Positions 53,022 to 64,000 of a stretch of 64,000 bases of DNA are shown here, in pieces (positions within the stretch are counted from its first letter, which is position 1; each line of letters opens with the position of its first letter). Both the position numbers and the translations under genes were made by a program. The notes beneath the pieces are model-generated. The model was not told the DNA's origin. It searched no databases and was given only the letters and a program-made list of their open reading frames with translations. This DNA is from Iphione sp. A-MEVVRFRX5 (Eukaryota): assembly GCA_976226885.1 (NCBI GenBank), contig OZ320319.1, positions 64,604,001-64,668,000 on the forward strand, given 5' to 3'.

Positions 53022-56000
53022 ATTGCCGTTCTCCCATCTCGTACGGTGCTCAGAGTGAGGGGGTGGTGGACCCTGAGATCTACCGGCCAGGCTCGGCGCT
53101 CACGGCCCCGGCGCGACCTCTGAAACGTAATAGCTTAGCGGGCGCACGGCTGAGTGCAACCGGCGACAGATGGGTGACGGCCCGGCGTGGCCGTGAGCGA
53201 TCAGCCGGGCTCGGGCACCCCCGCCACCCGAGAGGCCGGGCCGACCGGGCGAGTGGCGGTGTCGGCTGTCGGCGGCGACAATTGAGCGATTGAAACATGG
53301 CCCCGGTCAAGACCCGACCGCTGATGGTTCTCAGGTGAAGGATTTCAAATGAGAGTTGACCAAGTTCTATTTGATGTGGGAAATTCATCCGCTAAATTCG
53401 TAAAAGTAAACTTAATACGAACGTCTTTGAACCGTTCTCAAATCAGTTACTCACTTTGCCCTCTGGTCCCACTTAGGTACACAGTCCTCCGCTTAAAAAA
53501 AGATGTCGGGTAAATTCTGCTCCTCTTGCTGAAGCAGACTTCCCGAGCTCGACTTGGATCTACTTCATCGCCGGTCTTGAGATGTCGGCACAAACAGAGT
53601 GTCCCTCAGTTAGTTAGTCCGCTCTCTAATCAGACCCTTCAACGCACGTGGTTTGTATTGCTGGTGACATGTTTGTTTATTTCCCTGACACATGTTGACT
53701 AACGCTGACCAAATATCGCAGCAGATGAAGGTGAGAAGCGGACCTCTCAACCCCTCGGTCCGCATCTGTCGTGGCCTAGCTCGAGCTACGTGTTGCCCAC
53801 ACTATTACCAACGCTTCCATAACCCTCCATGTGTCCGATGCTTCACGCAATATTTGTCCAACTGGTACTTTTGTAAGACTCCAGAGAAGCAAGGAAAGTC
53901 GATACAATCCTTTTTGCTACAATGATAGGGAAAGAGATACTCATGTACCTGTGTGTTCATACTGTGTGTTCTGGAGATTCTTTCACTACTACAAAAGTTC
54001 TTTTCTTAAAGCTCCGAAAATGCTATTAGCAAGCACGAGATAACAGGATTAAACGGATACATTGATGTGGGAAACGTGTTCCCTGCGGCTCCGCAATATG
54101 TTCTTATGTAAACTGTTCACTAACTTCTTAATGAAATAACAACAGAGTATCTGTTTGCAAGACCACTGTCAAGGAGCCAACCCTATTCAAAGTATCCATA
54201 TCAGTCACCTACCATAGGGGAAAACTGATATTGAATGTATCACTCCTCCCTTGATGGTTATCGTTTTGGGCGTTAAACCTGTTGCCATAACTACCCGAGC
54301 AACGAGGGCTGCGATAGATGAGATCATGTAACATACACCGCAATGTCGCAATAGGGAGGTGTCAGAGTGCTAGACTCCCCGGTGGTAAAGTAACTCGCTG
54401 TTGCCCTGTCATGTCCCGGCCCTACCGATAAGGCTCGATAGGGGCCCGCGGACTCATGTTTTCAATTAAAACATTTTGTGACTGATATAAGCTAATCACA
54501 CTGGGCTTGGGCCTGTCGTGGAAATCATCGAGATGAACGTGTGAGAAACGCAGAGAACGGGGAAAGGAGAGGAGGGCCGAAAACATTCCGACGAGGAAGA
54601 GAAGGCACACACTGCCCTGGTCGCTTGGTTCGTGTTTTTATTTCAGCTCGGCCTGAGAGGCCTGGGAGGCTAGTGTAAGCTGACTGTGGAGTGCTGATTG
54701 GATGATTGACGTCAAGTCCGCCATTTCGCGGCAATATGATGCGCTGCCACTTTCTCGTCTTTCCGTCGGTATCTAGATAATGGCGGGCGCTGACCCACGT
54801 GGTAAGTATTAGAAGGCGGCTTGCTTTCAAATGCCAAAGCTAACCTCAAATTCCGTTCATTCGTCTGACAGTTTTTTTTTAAATTCGGCGAAGGCCGACC
54901 GACGTTAAATGGCAAATAGATGGAAATGATTTATTTCCATGCATTTCCTAGCGGCCAGTGCTTGTCTATTCATAAACTGCTCTTTCTGTCCAAAGTCCAG
55001 TTCAAGCAGATAATTGATGTACACAAAAAGATGTTGAGTATTCCGGTGGGCACTGCTAACAATGGTAAAAGTTGTGACCTTTTGCAAGCACTGCTTGTAA
55101 GAGGACTGCAGTTGTGCTGTTTGCCCTACTACTTATGATTCCGGGCGTGTTCGCGTCGGTAGAGTGGCAATATATATCGTCCGTTTTCTGGTTTACCCCC
55201 TCTTGGGGAAGCCTCCCCCATCCGTAACGCGCCAATTTAGCCGGGTGCCGGTTGTCGTCTGCTAGGAAATGGACGCGAGAAAGAGACAATTTGTTTTCGC
55301 TTTTACATTTCATTGAACAAGACGTGGCTTGGAACGCCAAGCAACCAAGGTGGCGTCCGTAAGGACCCACCTTTAATACATATGCATCTGTATTGTATAT
55401 CCATATACATCTCTATAGGATGCGTTATAATAAAATATCGCGTTCCCTTACCAAACGTTAAATCAGGCCACTAGGATTCAAGATTTCAATGTTTGTGGAA
55501 GGCTGGCAGATATAATTTTCTATGCATGTCGATATGAGAATCATCTACGTTTGCTGTATGAATAAATTATGAATCAACATTTTTTGGGGTCCTCTAGTTC
55601 AGCTGGATTTATACAAGGGACAACATCATTTTTGTTTCTTATGCCACTCTTTGATGCTTCGTTGAGGTGAAGCCAGTACTCCGATGGTTGCACTAGGACC
55701 TGGAGAATCAGAGAGATCTATTTATAGCGCTCATACTCGCCACCGAAGGGGGCTTAGGTGTAAGGCAAGCACGTGGGTACTACTAGACAGAGACAGGGTA
55801 CGTACCCGTTGCCTCGGTTCTGTAGCTGGGCGACGGAGGAGGAGGCGGTAGCGGTCGTGGGAGGGTGTTTAGTATTGATCGACGGTGAGCATATTCATAA
55901 AACATAGAGCGCACATAAATTATTACCGCCGCCGCCACCACCGCTGCCGCCACTGCCGCCGCTGCTCTGTAAGCTAGGGTCGCGACGGGCAAGGCCCCTC

Positions 56001-59000
56001 AGGGACGCATTATACCATCCAGAAATCATCACTACATTTTAACCAGAAAATTAAGTCCGCCCCGGCTCGTCCCTCATCGCGGCACGGGTGCGATGCCGGG
56101 CGGATAAATTATTATTCAGTTAAAGAACTGTCCAAGCTGGGAGAGTAAGGGGAAGGGGTGGGTGGGTAGTTCAGGTGGGAAGGGGAGAGGCAAGAGCGTG
56201 AATCCTCCTCCTCTCGTTCCTTTTAAGCAAGCTCGACACATTACGGGGGTGAATAAATCACGCGTTCGGTTGAGACGTGGATGTGTGTTGCGGGAGGGAG
56301 TGCTCGAGCGAGGGCAAAAATCAGTCCCGAAAACCTGGATGATTATCCCCGTATTTAACGCGTGGGCGGATGATAATACCGGTCGGCAGCGGCGCGGGCG
56401 ACCGCTCGGAAGGACGCCCTGAATGGTCAAGATGCGGCGCCATTGTCGCATGATTTGAGTGATGAGCGCACGACGGGAGGGCGAACTGGGGGGGGGGGGC
56501 GGTTAGGCGGGCGCTGGGCGGCGGGCGCGGCGTCGGCGGCGTCGGCGTCGGCGTGTTGGCGACTCCCAGGAGGCCGCGACACATGGAGACTATTTCATGG
56601 ACAAGGACCCCGCGTCTCGCTTGTTATTCCGACTGCGCACCGACGCTTTTCCTGCTCTGTCAGCCATGCAGACAACTGTGTTGGCGAGTCGCCGGCCTAC
56701 TACCTTCACCTCCCCGCACCCTCCCCATAACCCTGGCGTATCGCCCTCTCCTTTCTGTCAAGCCAACCACAGAGAGTCCAGTTCCCCCACAGCCTCTGCA
56801 GATTATGAATGGCTCCTCCAGGTTACGCCCCGGATAACCCAACGATGACCAAGGCAACGTGGTGAGACGCCCGCGTCCGGCCAGGCTCTCAAGAGGGTCG
56901 TGAGGGCGAAAGATAGAAACCCGCGCATGGTTGCAGACGACATTCACCGTCAATCACGAAAGGTGATGTTTTGGCGGATTTTTACCTCCAGCTTCTCCTG
57001 GGTTTCCTCGTACCCCATCTCCACAGGAGGCAAGTAGAGATGACGTAAACGATAGTGGGGGGAAGTCTGGGAAAGAAATGTACCACTCTGTGTGTGAGAA
57101 GCCGTTTGAAGTATGGCTCGCGTCTAGATTTACTTCTCTAAGAAGTACAGCAGGTTCAGGCAGAGCTACTCTCTGTGGACTGCTGAGCGACTACTGACTT
57201 GCTCTAACTGCCTAAGCAACTGACACCAAGCACGGCGGCTGGTTTGAAACGCTTTCGTCTTTACACTAACAGTCTAAGCACATTATTTAGTTTACAAATG
57301 AGAGTACATGGCTGTCTTACATCCAGGTCGGTTATATTTTCGAGGATTTAAACGAACCCTACGAGGCAATGGTACTACAATTTTGTGTGATGAACCTTTG
57401 GGGAAATATTTATCATTTTTTATTTTCAAATTAAGTTGTGTCCATTTGGAATAGGAATGCATTTTCATACGAACATTATGAAACAATCGACATAATATCG
57501 CATAGAGGCCCATAAAATAAACCGTGTATCTCAAACGAGAAGGATTTACTATCAGATCTTATGGTACTGAGCACGTTCGCTAGAAGATTGCGGGGGAGGG
57601 GGTTGGGGCCACCAAGGTTGATGGGAGGTGGTGGTGGTGAAGGGGATGAACGGAGGGAGAGGGAGGATGGCACAGCAAACGTAGCCCGTGCCGAGGCTGA
57701 CCACTGGTTCGGCGACGTGCCCGGCATGCAGACCTAGCATACCCTTTGGCTATAAGAGCCATTTATTCCTCCTCCTCTGCATCCGCGGGCCATTCGTTCT
57801 GGTGCCGACGTTGACGCCTCCCCTCTCATCCTATTCAGGCGGTTCTCTGACGTAAATTGGAAGGCAGCAGATAAACCGAATAGCATTTGACCGGTAACTT
57901 ACCAACAACAGTCGTCACCTTCCAGGAAGCCTAATGTAGTTCTAGCGCCGAAAGAAGACGTGCTTCTTGTGGCATGAACATTCATCAAAAATAGACACGC
58001 GTGTGAATTGATAATGCCGACAATCAGGTAGTGTTTGAACTAAGTCTTTACGAGGGAAATTAAGCGTGGCCTGGGTGAACTTTTACTGCCATCTGGCAAG
58101 GGGAGGCTGAGGAGAACGTTCTGACGTATGTGGCGGCGTCAGCGGCGCGCCCGCTTGATTTGTGCGCACCTAAAACGCCCTGCAGAAAGTCCCCATTGGC
58201 TGCGGCGAAGGTCAGGCTCTATTGGCTGTCGGAACGCGCCTCCAGGGCTGATCACGGCCTTATTAGATCCCTACCCCTCCTCCTGCCTACTTCTCCTGTG
58301 CCGAGGCTCCTGTCAACATGGCATGGTGATGGATCTGCTCCAGGCGCCGGAGGGGGAGGGGGCGGGGCTGGTAAGTGGGCGGGTGGGCTGTCTGTGCGGA
58401 GGAGGGAACCAGGGAGAGTAGGGAGAGAGTGTGTGCGCGTCCGTGTAAAGGGCCGCATGATCGAGAGCTTACTATGACACTCTAGTAAGAAGATACCCCG
58501 CCAGTAACGGTACCTTGCTGGCCCAAAGGACACCTCAAGTCTTGAACAACGAAAAAAAACTCTAGATAGTTGTCGTTACTATCCACATTTTTATCACTTT
58601 ATTGTGATAAACATTGTAAACAAATCAATCTCTGATCACGAAGCTTGAAAGTATGAGGCTTCTCGTTGTTCCACAAGGCAGGAGAAGACTTGCGATTCGC
58701 AAGACCAAGGGTTAACTACTTCGCTACCATATGTAAATATAGCCAGTAGTATATGACAAGAGAAGTTTTTCAATGGGGAGTTTCTTGCCCTTCTTGCTAT
58801 CGTCTTCCGTTCGGAAGTATTTGCGCTATACGTGCACAGAATGCAATAAATAAACTGCAATATTAACAGAATTCTCTCAATCGAGGGAAAAAACACCCAT
58901 TCTGCTGGGGTATACATAGGTTAACGGAGACTCAGCAGGCCCTTGACAAAGCGGCTCTGTTCCAGCCATGAGAAGTTTCCGAGATCACAGGAGGGTGTTA

Positions 59001-62000
59001 CTGGCGACTGCCGTCTCTATTTCCGTGGCCCATTCTCTCCGCAAATGAACGGTTACGTCCAGACTCGTTGCCACCACCACCACCACTATCACCCCCCCCA
59101 CCTCCCCCGAAACTGCTGCCACTGCCTGGTGCCAAGCAGTATCTGCTGCCTGCTGCTGACCCACAGACCCCGGCAGTGCAAGCCTCACAGCCAGGCCGCG
59201 TAGGTCAACACTGACCAGCGGCCGTCGGCCGCCCGGCCAGCTCTCCCAACCATTGGTCACCATTACGGCGGGCCGGGCGCGGCTTCTATGGCCATTAGGC
59301 GGTCACAATGAGCCTTGCAGCGCCGACTAATCCACTCAGGTCGGTAGGCGGCGCCCCGCTGCCCGGCGCCCCCTATACTAACCGTGCGGCCGCTCGCTGA
59401 TAAACCGCCGACTTTACGGATCAACGCGCCCATCTGTAAACCGTCCCTAAGCCGACCAGATATACTACTACGTCCAGGAGACCTCCAGAGTCAGCCCGCC
59501 AAGCACGTAACTACAAGCACAAGGGGAAAGATGAGACCTCATTATGGCCAAGGTCCTGCTAGTTCTTTGTTATTGACCATCAAAGTGGCGGAGGAGACTA
59601 CATGAATAAAATCGTCAACTGGCGATTATTGTTACAATAAAGCAACCTGTGTACCTCGCCAAAAACGGACAGGTGTCTTTTTTTAAGTTGGTGTTAAAAA
59701 CTCCTTATTCTTTCTCTGCAGGCGAAGAAACAGTTTGAAACGCAGATGTGCTGTATTACATGGCAGATAAGATTGGTAGCATCGCTTCTATCTCATTCTG
59801 CCGTGCTTGGCACCAGGCGCCGCATCAGTAGTGATAATGTATATCCAGTTAGCAGCGGGAGACATTTACTTAAGAGAATTAGCCGTTGTGCCCCAGGGAG
59901 ATTACGGCCTAATTCATTGTCTATTCGCGTCATTATAGAATCTAGATAAGCAGTTATCAATGCTATCCCTAGACGTCTCACTCAGCTAGTCACGGACTGC
60001 CAACCAATGACTCAGTGACTCGGCGTAAGCCTAATTCGCCCAGACCGAATCACCAAGGGAGATGTTAACCTATTTCTATGGCAGTCGCGCGGTCCCATCT
60101 CCTCCTAGCTGGTGATTCCTCCGGGGTCTGCTATGAGCTGTGACCTACAGGGAACGACTGTTTCGCCACGGAGGAGTCTAAGAGGACGGAAGAATGGTTC
60201 TGAACTGTAACAGAAGGAGGCTGTAGTTGGATGTCGTAGGACAGGACAGCATCTCAAAGCACTGCACTGTATAGTTTCATATGATACAGACCAGTCGCCG
60301 ACCAGATACGCCTGGAGACTATTTACGGGGCCCTGGTTGCCCTCAGTGTCGCCAATATGCGACTGGACAAAGCTTAACGCCCTTTCAAATATTGAGCAGT
60401 TCGCCCCTCCCCCCGCCCGAACAACTTACTTCTGGAACCCACACCACCCCATCTTCACCACCAGACACGGCAAAGATCACCCGGTGCTAGTAAATTGGAT
60501 CCGGACAGTCTGTGTCCACGGACAACTGTGGTTTGTTATTAACCCGAAACCTACAAATTATCCGGCGGTGCAATCTGCAGCCGATGGCCGATTGGCACGC
60601 GACCTCTCCCACCCCTGTAGTAGGGACAGACGGGTGGTGAAGATGAAGCTTGGCGTGTACGTAGTAGAGAGCAGAGGCAGAACTGGGGAATGGAAACAAG
60701 AGGTAAAAAGAGGGGGAAAAGGTGGGACTGAGAGGCTTTAGATTATGGTTCTGCCCGAGGCAGCACAGGCACCGCATGCTACTACTGACCCGTATGTTCT
60801 CCGCGCCGCAGGGCCCTTAGAGAATTGACAAAGTAGGTCACGACATCAGACCCCAGCCTGTAGCAGCAAGTCCCACATGATGCGAGGCATCGGCAGCGTT
60901 AGGAAGGCGTGGTTAAAGGCCTGCATGATACAGCTAAAGACCTGCTTTTTGTGTATTGTTTGACGCAGAATACCCCTCGGTGCATTATAACATTTCCTTA
61001 TACATGGTACAACAGATTTGCCGTACTGCTTATGACGGGCAAGGTTTCTGAACCTCAGGCTGTAAGGTATAAGTTGTGTAAACGCTCAAAACATCGTTTG
61101 TACATATACATGTATAGGTAATATGCCTGAGACCCTGATAGATGTGTACAAGACAGTGAACCAGAGAGACGCAGACACGGAGAAAGGTTATCGGGATCCA
61201 AACAGGCCTGCGCATATACATGTACATGTACACACAAGTACACTTACATGCCAACAGACAGACCCACACCCAACCCCGACACACCAGCATTGTCATGCGA
61301 ATTTCTAATACTGCGGCGTGCCGCTTTCGAAGTAATTAGGCGCTACCTGTCGGATGTAATAACTCGACTAATCAAGCACCTGTTAATTATTTACAGCGAC
61401 CCATGTCAATGAGCTTGTAGATCTAACCTTGGGCGGGGTGCGGTTCGCCGCCAATATGGGTCATTCAGACGAGACGCAAGTGGAGTTCCTGGGTTGGTGG
61501 TGGTGCGCTTTGAGGAGAGACAAATGATAGATGAATCATTTGTTTTCATTACGCCATGCTCCCCCGCTTTTGTTTCGCCATCAGAGTACCATTAAACGAT
61601 GCGATCCCTGGTGTCAGCCAGCACCTATAGACACTTTAACCCTCTGCGTCCCATGACCCGATGACTGGGCTAGGTGCTAGTCGCCTTTAATGCATGGAGC
61701 AGTTCGCCGTGAGCTAATCCCTCGACGAGCCAGGTGAAACCCACACCCACCTAGTTTTAGACTTAGGGCGTCACGGGAGTCCTTTACGCCGGGTTTCGGC
61801 GTCAGCAACCTGACGCTTGTAGCGCGGCCCAGACACAAGGCTCACAGGATTGAGGCGATAGGAGCGAGAAGAGGGAGGGGAGACCTGGATGTTTACCTAC
61901 AAAACGTTACGAATGAGCGGCTCATCTGAATGCTGAGCTACTCAATAATTGATGCGCTTGAACACAGCAGACTCCGAGCCCTTCTGCTACCCTGCACCTG

Positions 62001-64000
62001 GGACCTGCCTAAGTAGGACTCGTTCACACTGCAGATGAAAGCGTAGTCATTCGGATGAATCAACATTACTAGCAAGTGACATGTTCAGTGGACATGCTAC
62101 ACGAGTAACCCCTTTTGTATCTACTACTAGCCTCGTTGATTGCTATTCTATTTTATACAAGTTTAACTGAATTTACTTAAACTACACACTTATTCATTTC
62201 CTCATGGTTATATGTATGTTACAGTTTTTATGATGTCTTGAAATGCATTTGGACATTTGTACCTTTGGTACAATAATGGTCACTATGTGCAGATGTATAG
62301 ATAATGCATTCTTGGTGCATCACTGCACGTACAACTGTGAAAGGACGTCATAAAGTCGCCATTTCAATGTTGATGTTAGAACAAGGTTTTAATGGCAAGA
62401 TGGCTTATAGCGGGATCACCCTGCACGTTGCATGAACACCGGGACAGATGGCAATAGACGATACTGGGAATTGAGAGTGACAGGTCGACAGATGATTGCT
62501 TTTGATAGAATAAGGTAAAGGACCCGAGGCCCTCGCCGGCGGACTCCAGGCAGACGTAGACGGTAGGGAGGCGCCGCGTCCTCGCTGGCGGGCCGACCAG
62601 CAGTTATGAATTTAACATGTCCTCTGTGAAAGGAGACGATTTTATTAGCGCGAGCAATGATCAAGAAATGCAGACTGATCGTACGAAAGACCACAACAGC
62701 CACCAGGGCGCATGTTGAGCAGTGGTTGTCCTGGAGCACATTTATTACGGTGTGACGTTATTAGTGCCCACTTGATCAGGTAAAGACGATTTTACCTGTG
62801 AAAGAATGTTTCAATTTCAAATGGATCATTGGGTATGGGTGGCCTTACACCTCGAAGAACAGCCTCCAGGAAATATATAGAGATTATTTTGCAGGAAATA
62901 ATGCTCTCAGGACAAAAGAAAGGACAAATAGTGTTTCCTCTAGTTTCTTATGTATCCCATTTTGATATCAGAATATATTATGTGTAAAATGAATCAATAA
63001 CGCACTGTAGACTGTGGCCACCGTGTCCTCTTTTTTCAAAGACTACTGGAGAAGGTCAATATATTGACGTGTTCAGATTTCGAAGAATGACAATCAACGT
63101 AGTGTTCCAAGTAGTAATGTCCTTGTGCCTGCGTTCGGGAGTGGCATTTGGAGACACTGTGCCACAGGATGATGGTGCTTGCTGACGGCTGTACTGAGAG
63201 AACAGATGGCAGCAGCATGCATGGCTTGAGTCATTTGCGACAGCTCTGCTACCTCGACCGACCTTCGCCATCCCTCCCTCTCCCTCCCTGAACCGCCCAG
63301 CCACCACTCCAGCCCACCAACCCACCCACTCACTACCCAATTGTGTCAGATGAAATATTTATGTGACCACAAAAGATCCCCTAATTCCATAGCCCTTATA
63401 ACTATAGAGGAACCGGGGCAGGATCAAGTCGTATGTATAAGGCGCTTATAGCTTTAGAACTGTGGAGGCTAATATTGTGTCTTATACTGATTTGAAAAGG
63501 TTTCAGCTGAAGAGTCCTGGAGGGAGATTACGTCAGATCGTTTTCACTTGGAGTGCAACCGAAATTTGATTATTCTTAAAACCTGGAGGGGGATGAAATA
63601 GTATCAACACGGTACTGTTGATCTTGCAAGGATGTCCAGATGCCACGAATGAAACCAATGGCAACAATTATTAATACAATCAAAACATCATCGCATTATA
63701 TCAATTTTCTCGCTTCTAATTATCCTCTACTCCGGACTGAGTAATTGGCCGCCCGTTCGACTGATTATTGCCAAATTGTATTATACTTTCATTTGTTTGG
63801 CGGCATTAATTTGATAATATATTGAACGGGTGGCGCCGAGGCTAGTGCGGCCACATGTTCGCCTAGCTGGCTGGTTCTCCTCATCATCATCACAGAGGTC
63901 GAGGGTGTGCATTGCAGTATGTTGTTGATTACGACTAATGAGGTCAGCTAGCGGCCCGGGTGGCAGCGAGGGTAATCGAGCGCACGCATACCTGTTAGTC

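Noticed and set aside
56480-58390. G-quadruplex-capable G-runs (e.g. 56480-56530, 58349-58387; also C-runs at 29815-29840)
   Set aside because: Such runs occur on both strands throughout the GC-rich blocks with no distinctive placement, so they cannot be separated from composition.
40430-62618. Shared 13-mer ATGAATTTAACAT in two distant blocks (40430 and 62606)
   Set aside because: Tens of chance 13-mer matches are expected within 64 kb, and the similarity does not extend.

Overview
This is eukaryotic genomic DNA, not prokaryotic. The whole window lies inside one gene on the minus strand: a COE (Collier/Olf-1/EBF) transcription factor. Six coding exons (21169-21250, 18826-18946, 9858-9988, 6474-6600, 5344-5432, 1646-1826) have canonical AG/GT boundaries and compatible phases. 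They splice into one open frame: [R][27 protein letters not shown]|[40 protein letters not shown]|[44 protein letters not shown]|[42 protein letters not shown]|[90 protein letters not shown]. This covers the end of the DNA-binding domain, the IPT/TIG domain and the HLH. There is only one helix-2 exon, which is the invertebrate-type HLH. A cephalochordate (amphioxus)-like source is my inference, not something I could verify. I could not find the upstream zinc-knuckle exon ([23 protein letters not shown]) in 21251-64000, so that intron is longer than 42 kb. The 3' exons lie beyond position 1. Almost all other ORFs in the supplied track look like noise in GC-rich intronic DNA. The introns alternate between many GC/CpG-rich, motif-dense blocks and AT-rich spacers enriched in TACATGTA. 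They also hold two TAA-flanked Harbinger/Tourist-like MITEs and several microsatellites. I found no convincing new protein-coding or mobile system. The best leads are cis-regulatory: a helically phased CAGATG E-box array, a cluster of three COE-like sites (possible autoregulation), a perfect DR1, an octamer triplet, CTCF-like sites and an ETS-E2F-ETS cassette. All motif calls are by eye and need conservation or chromatin data.
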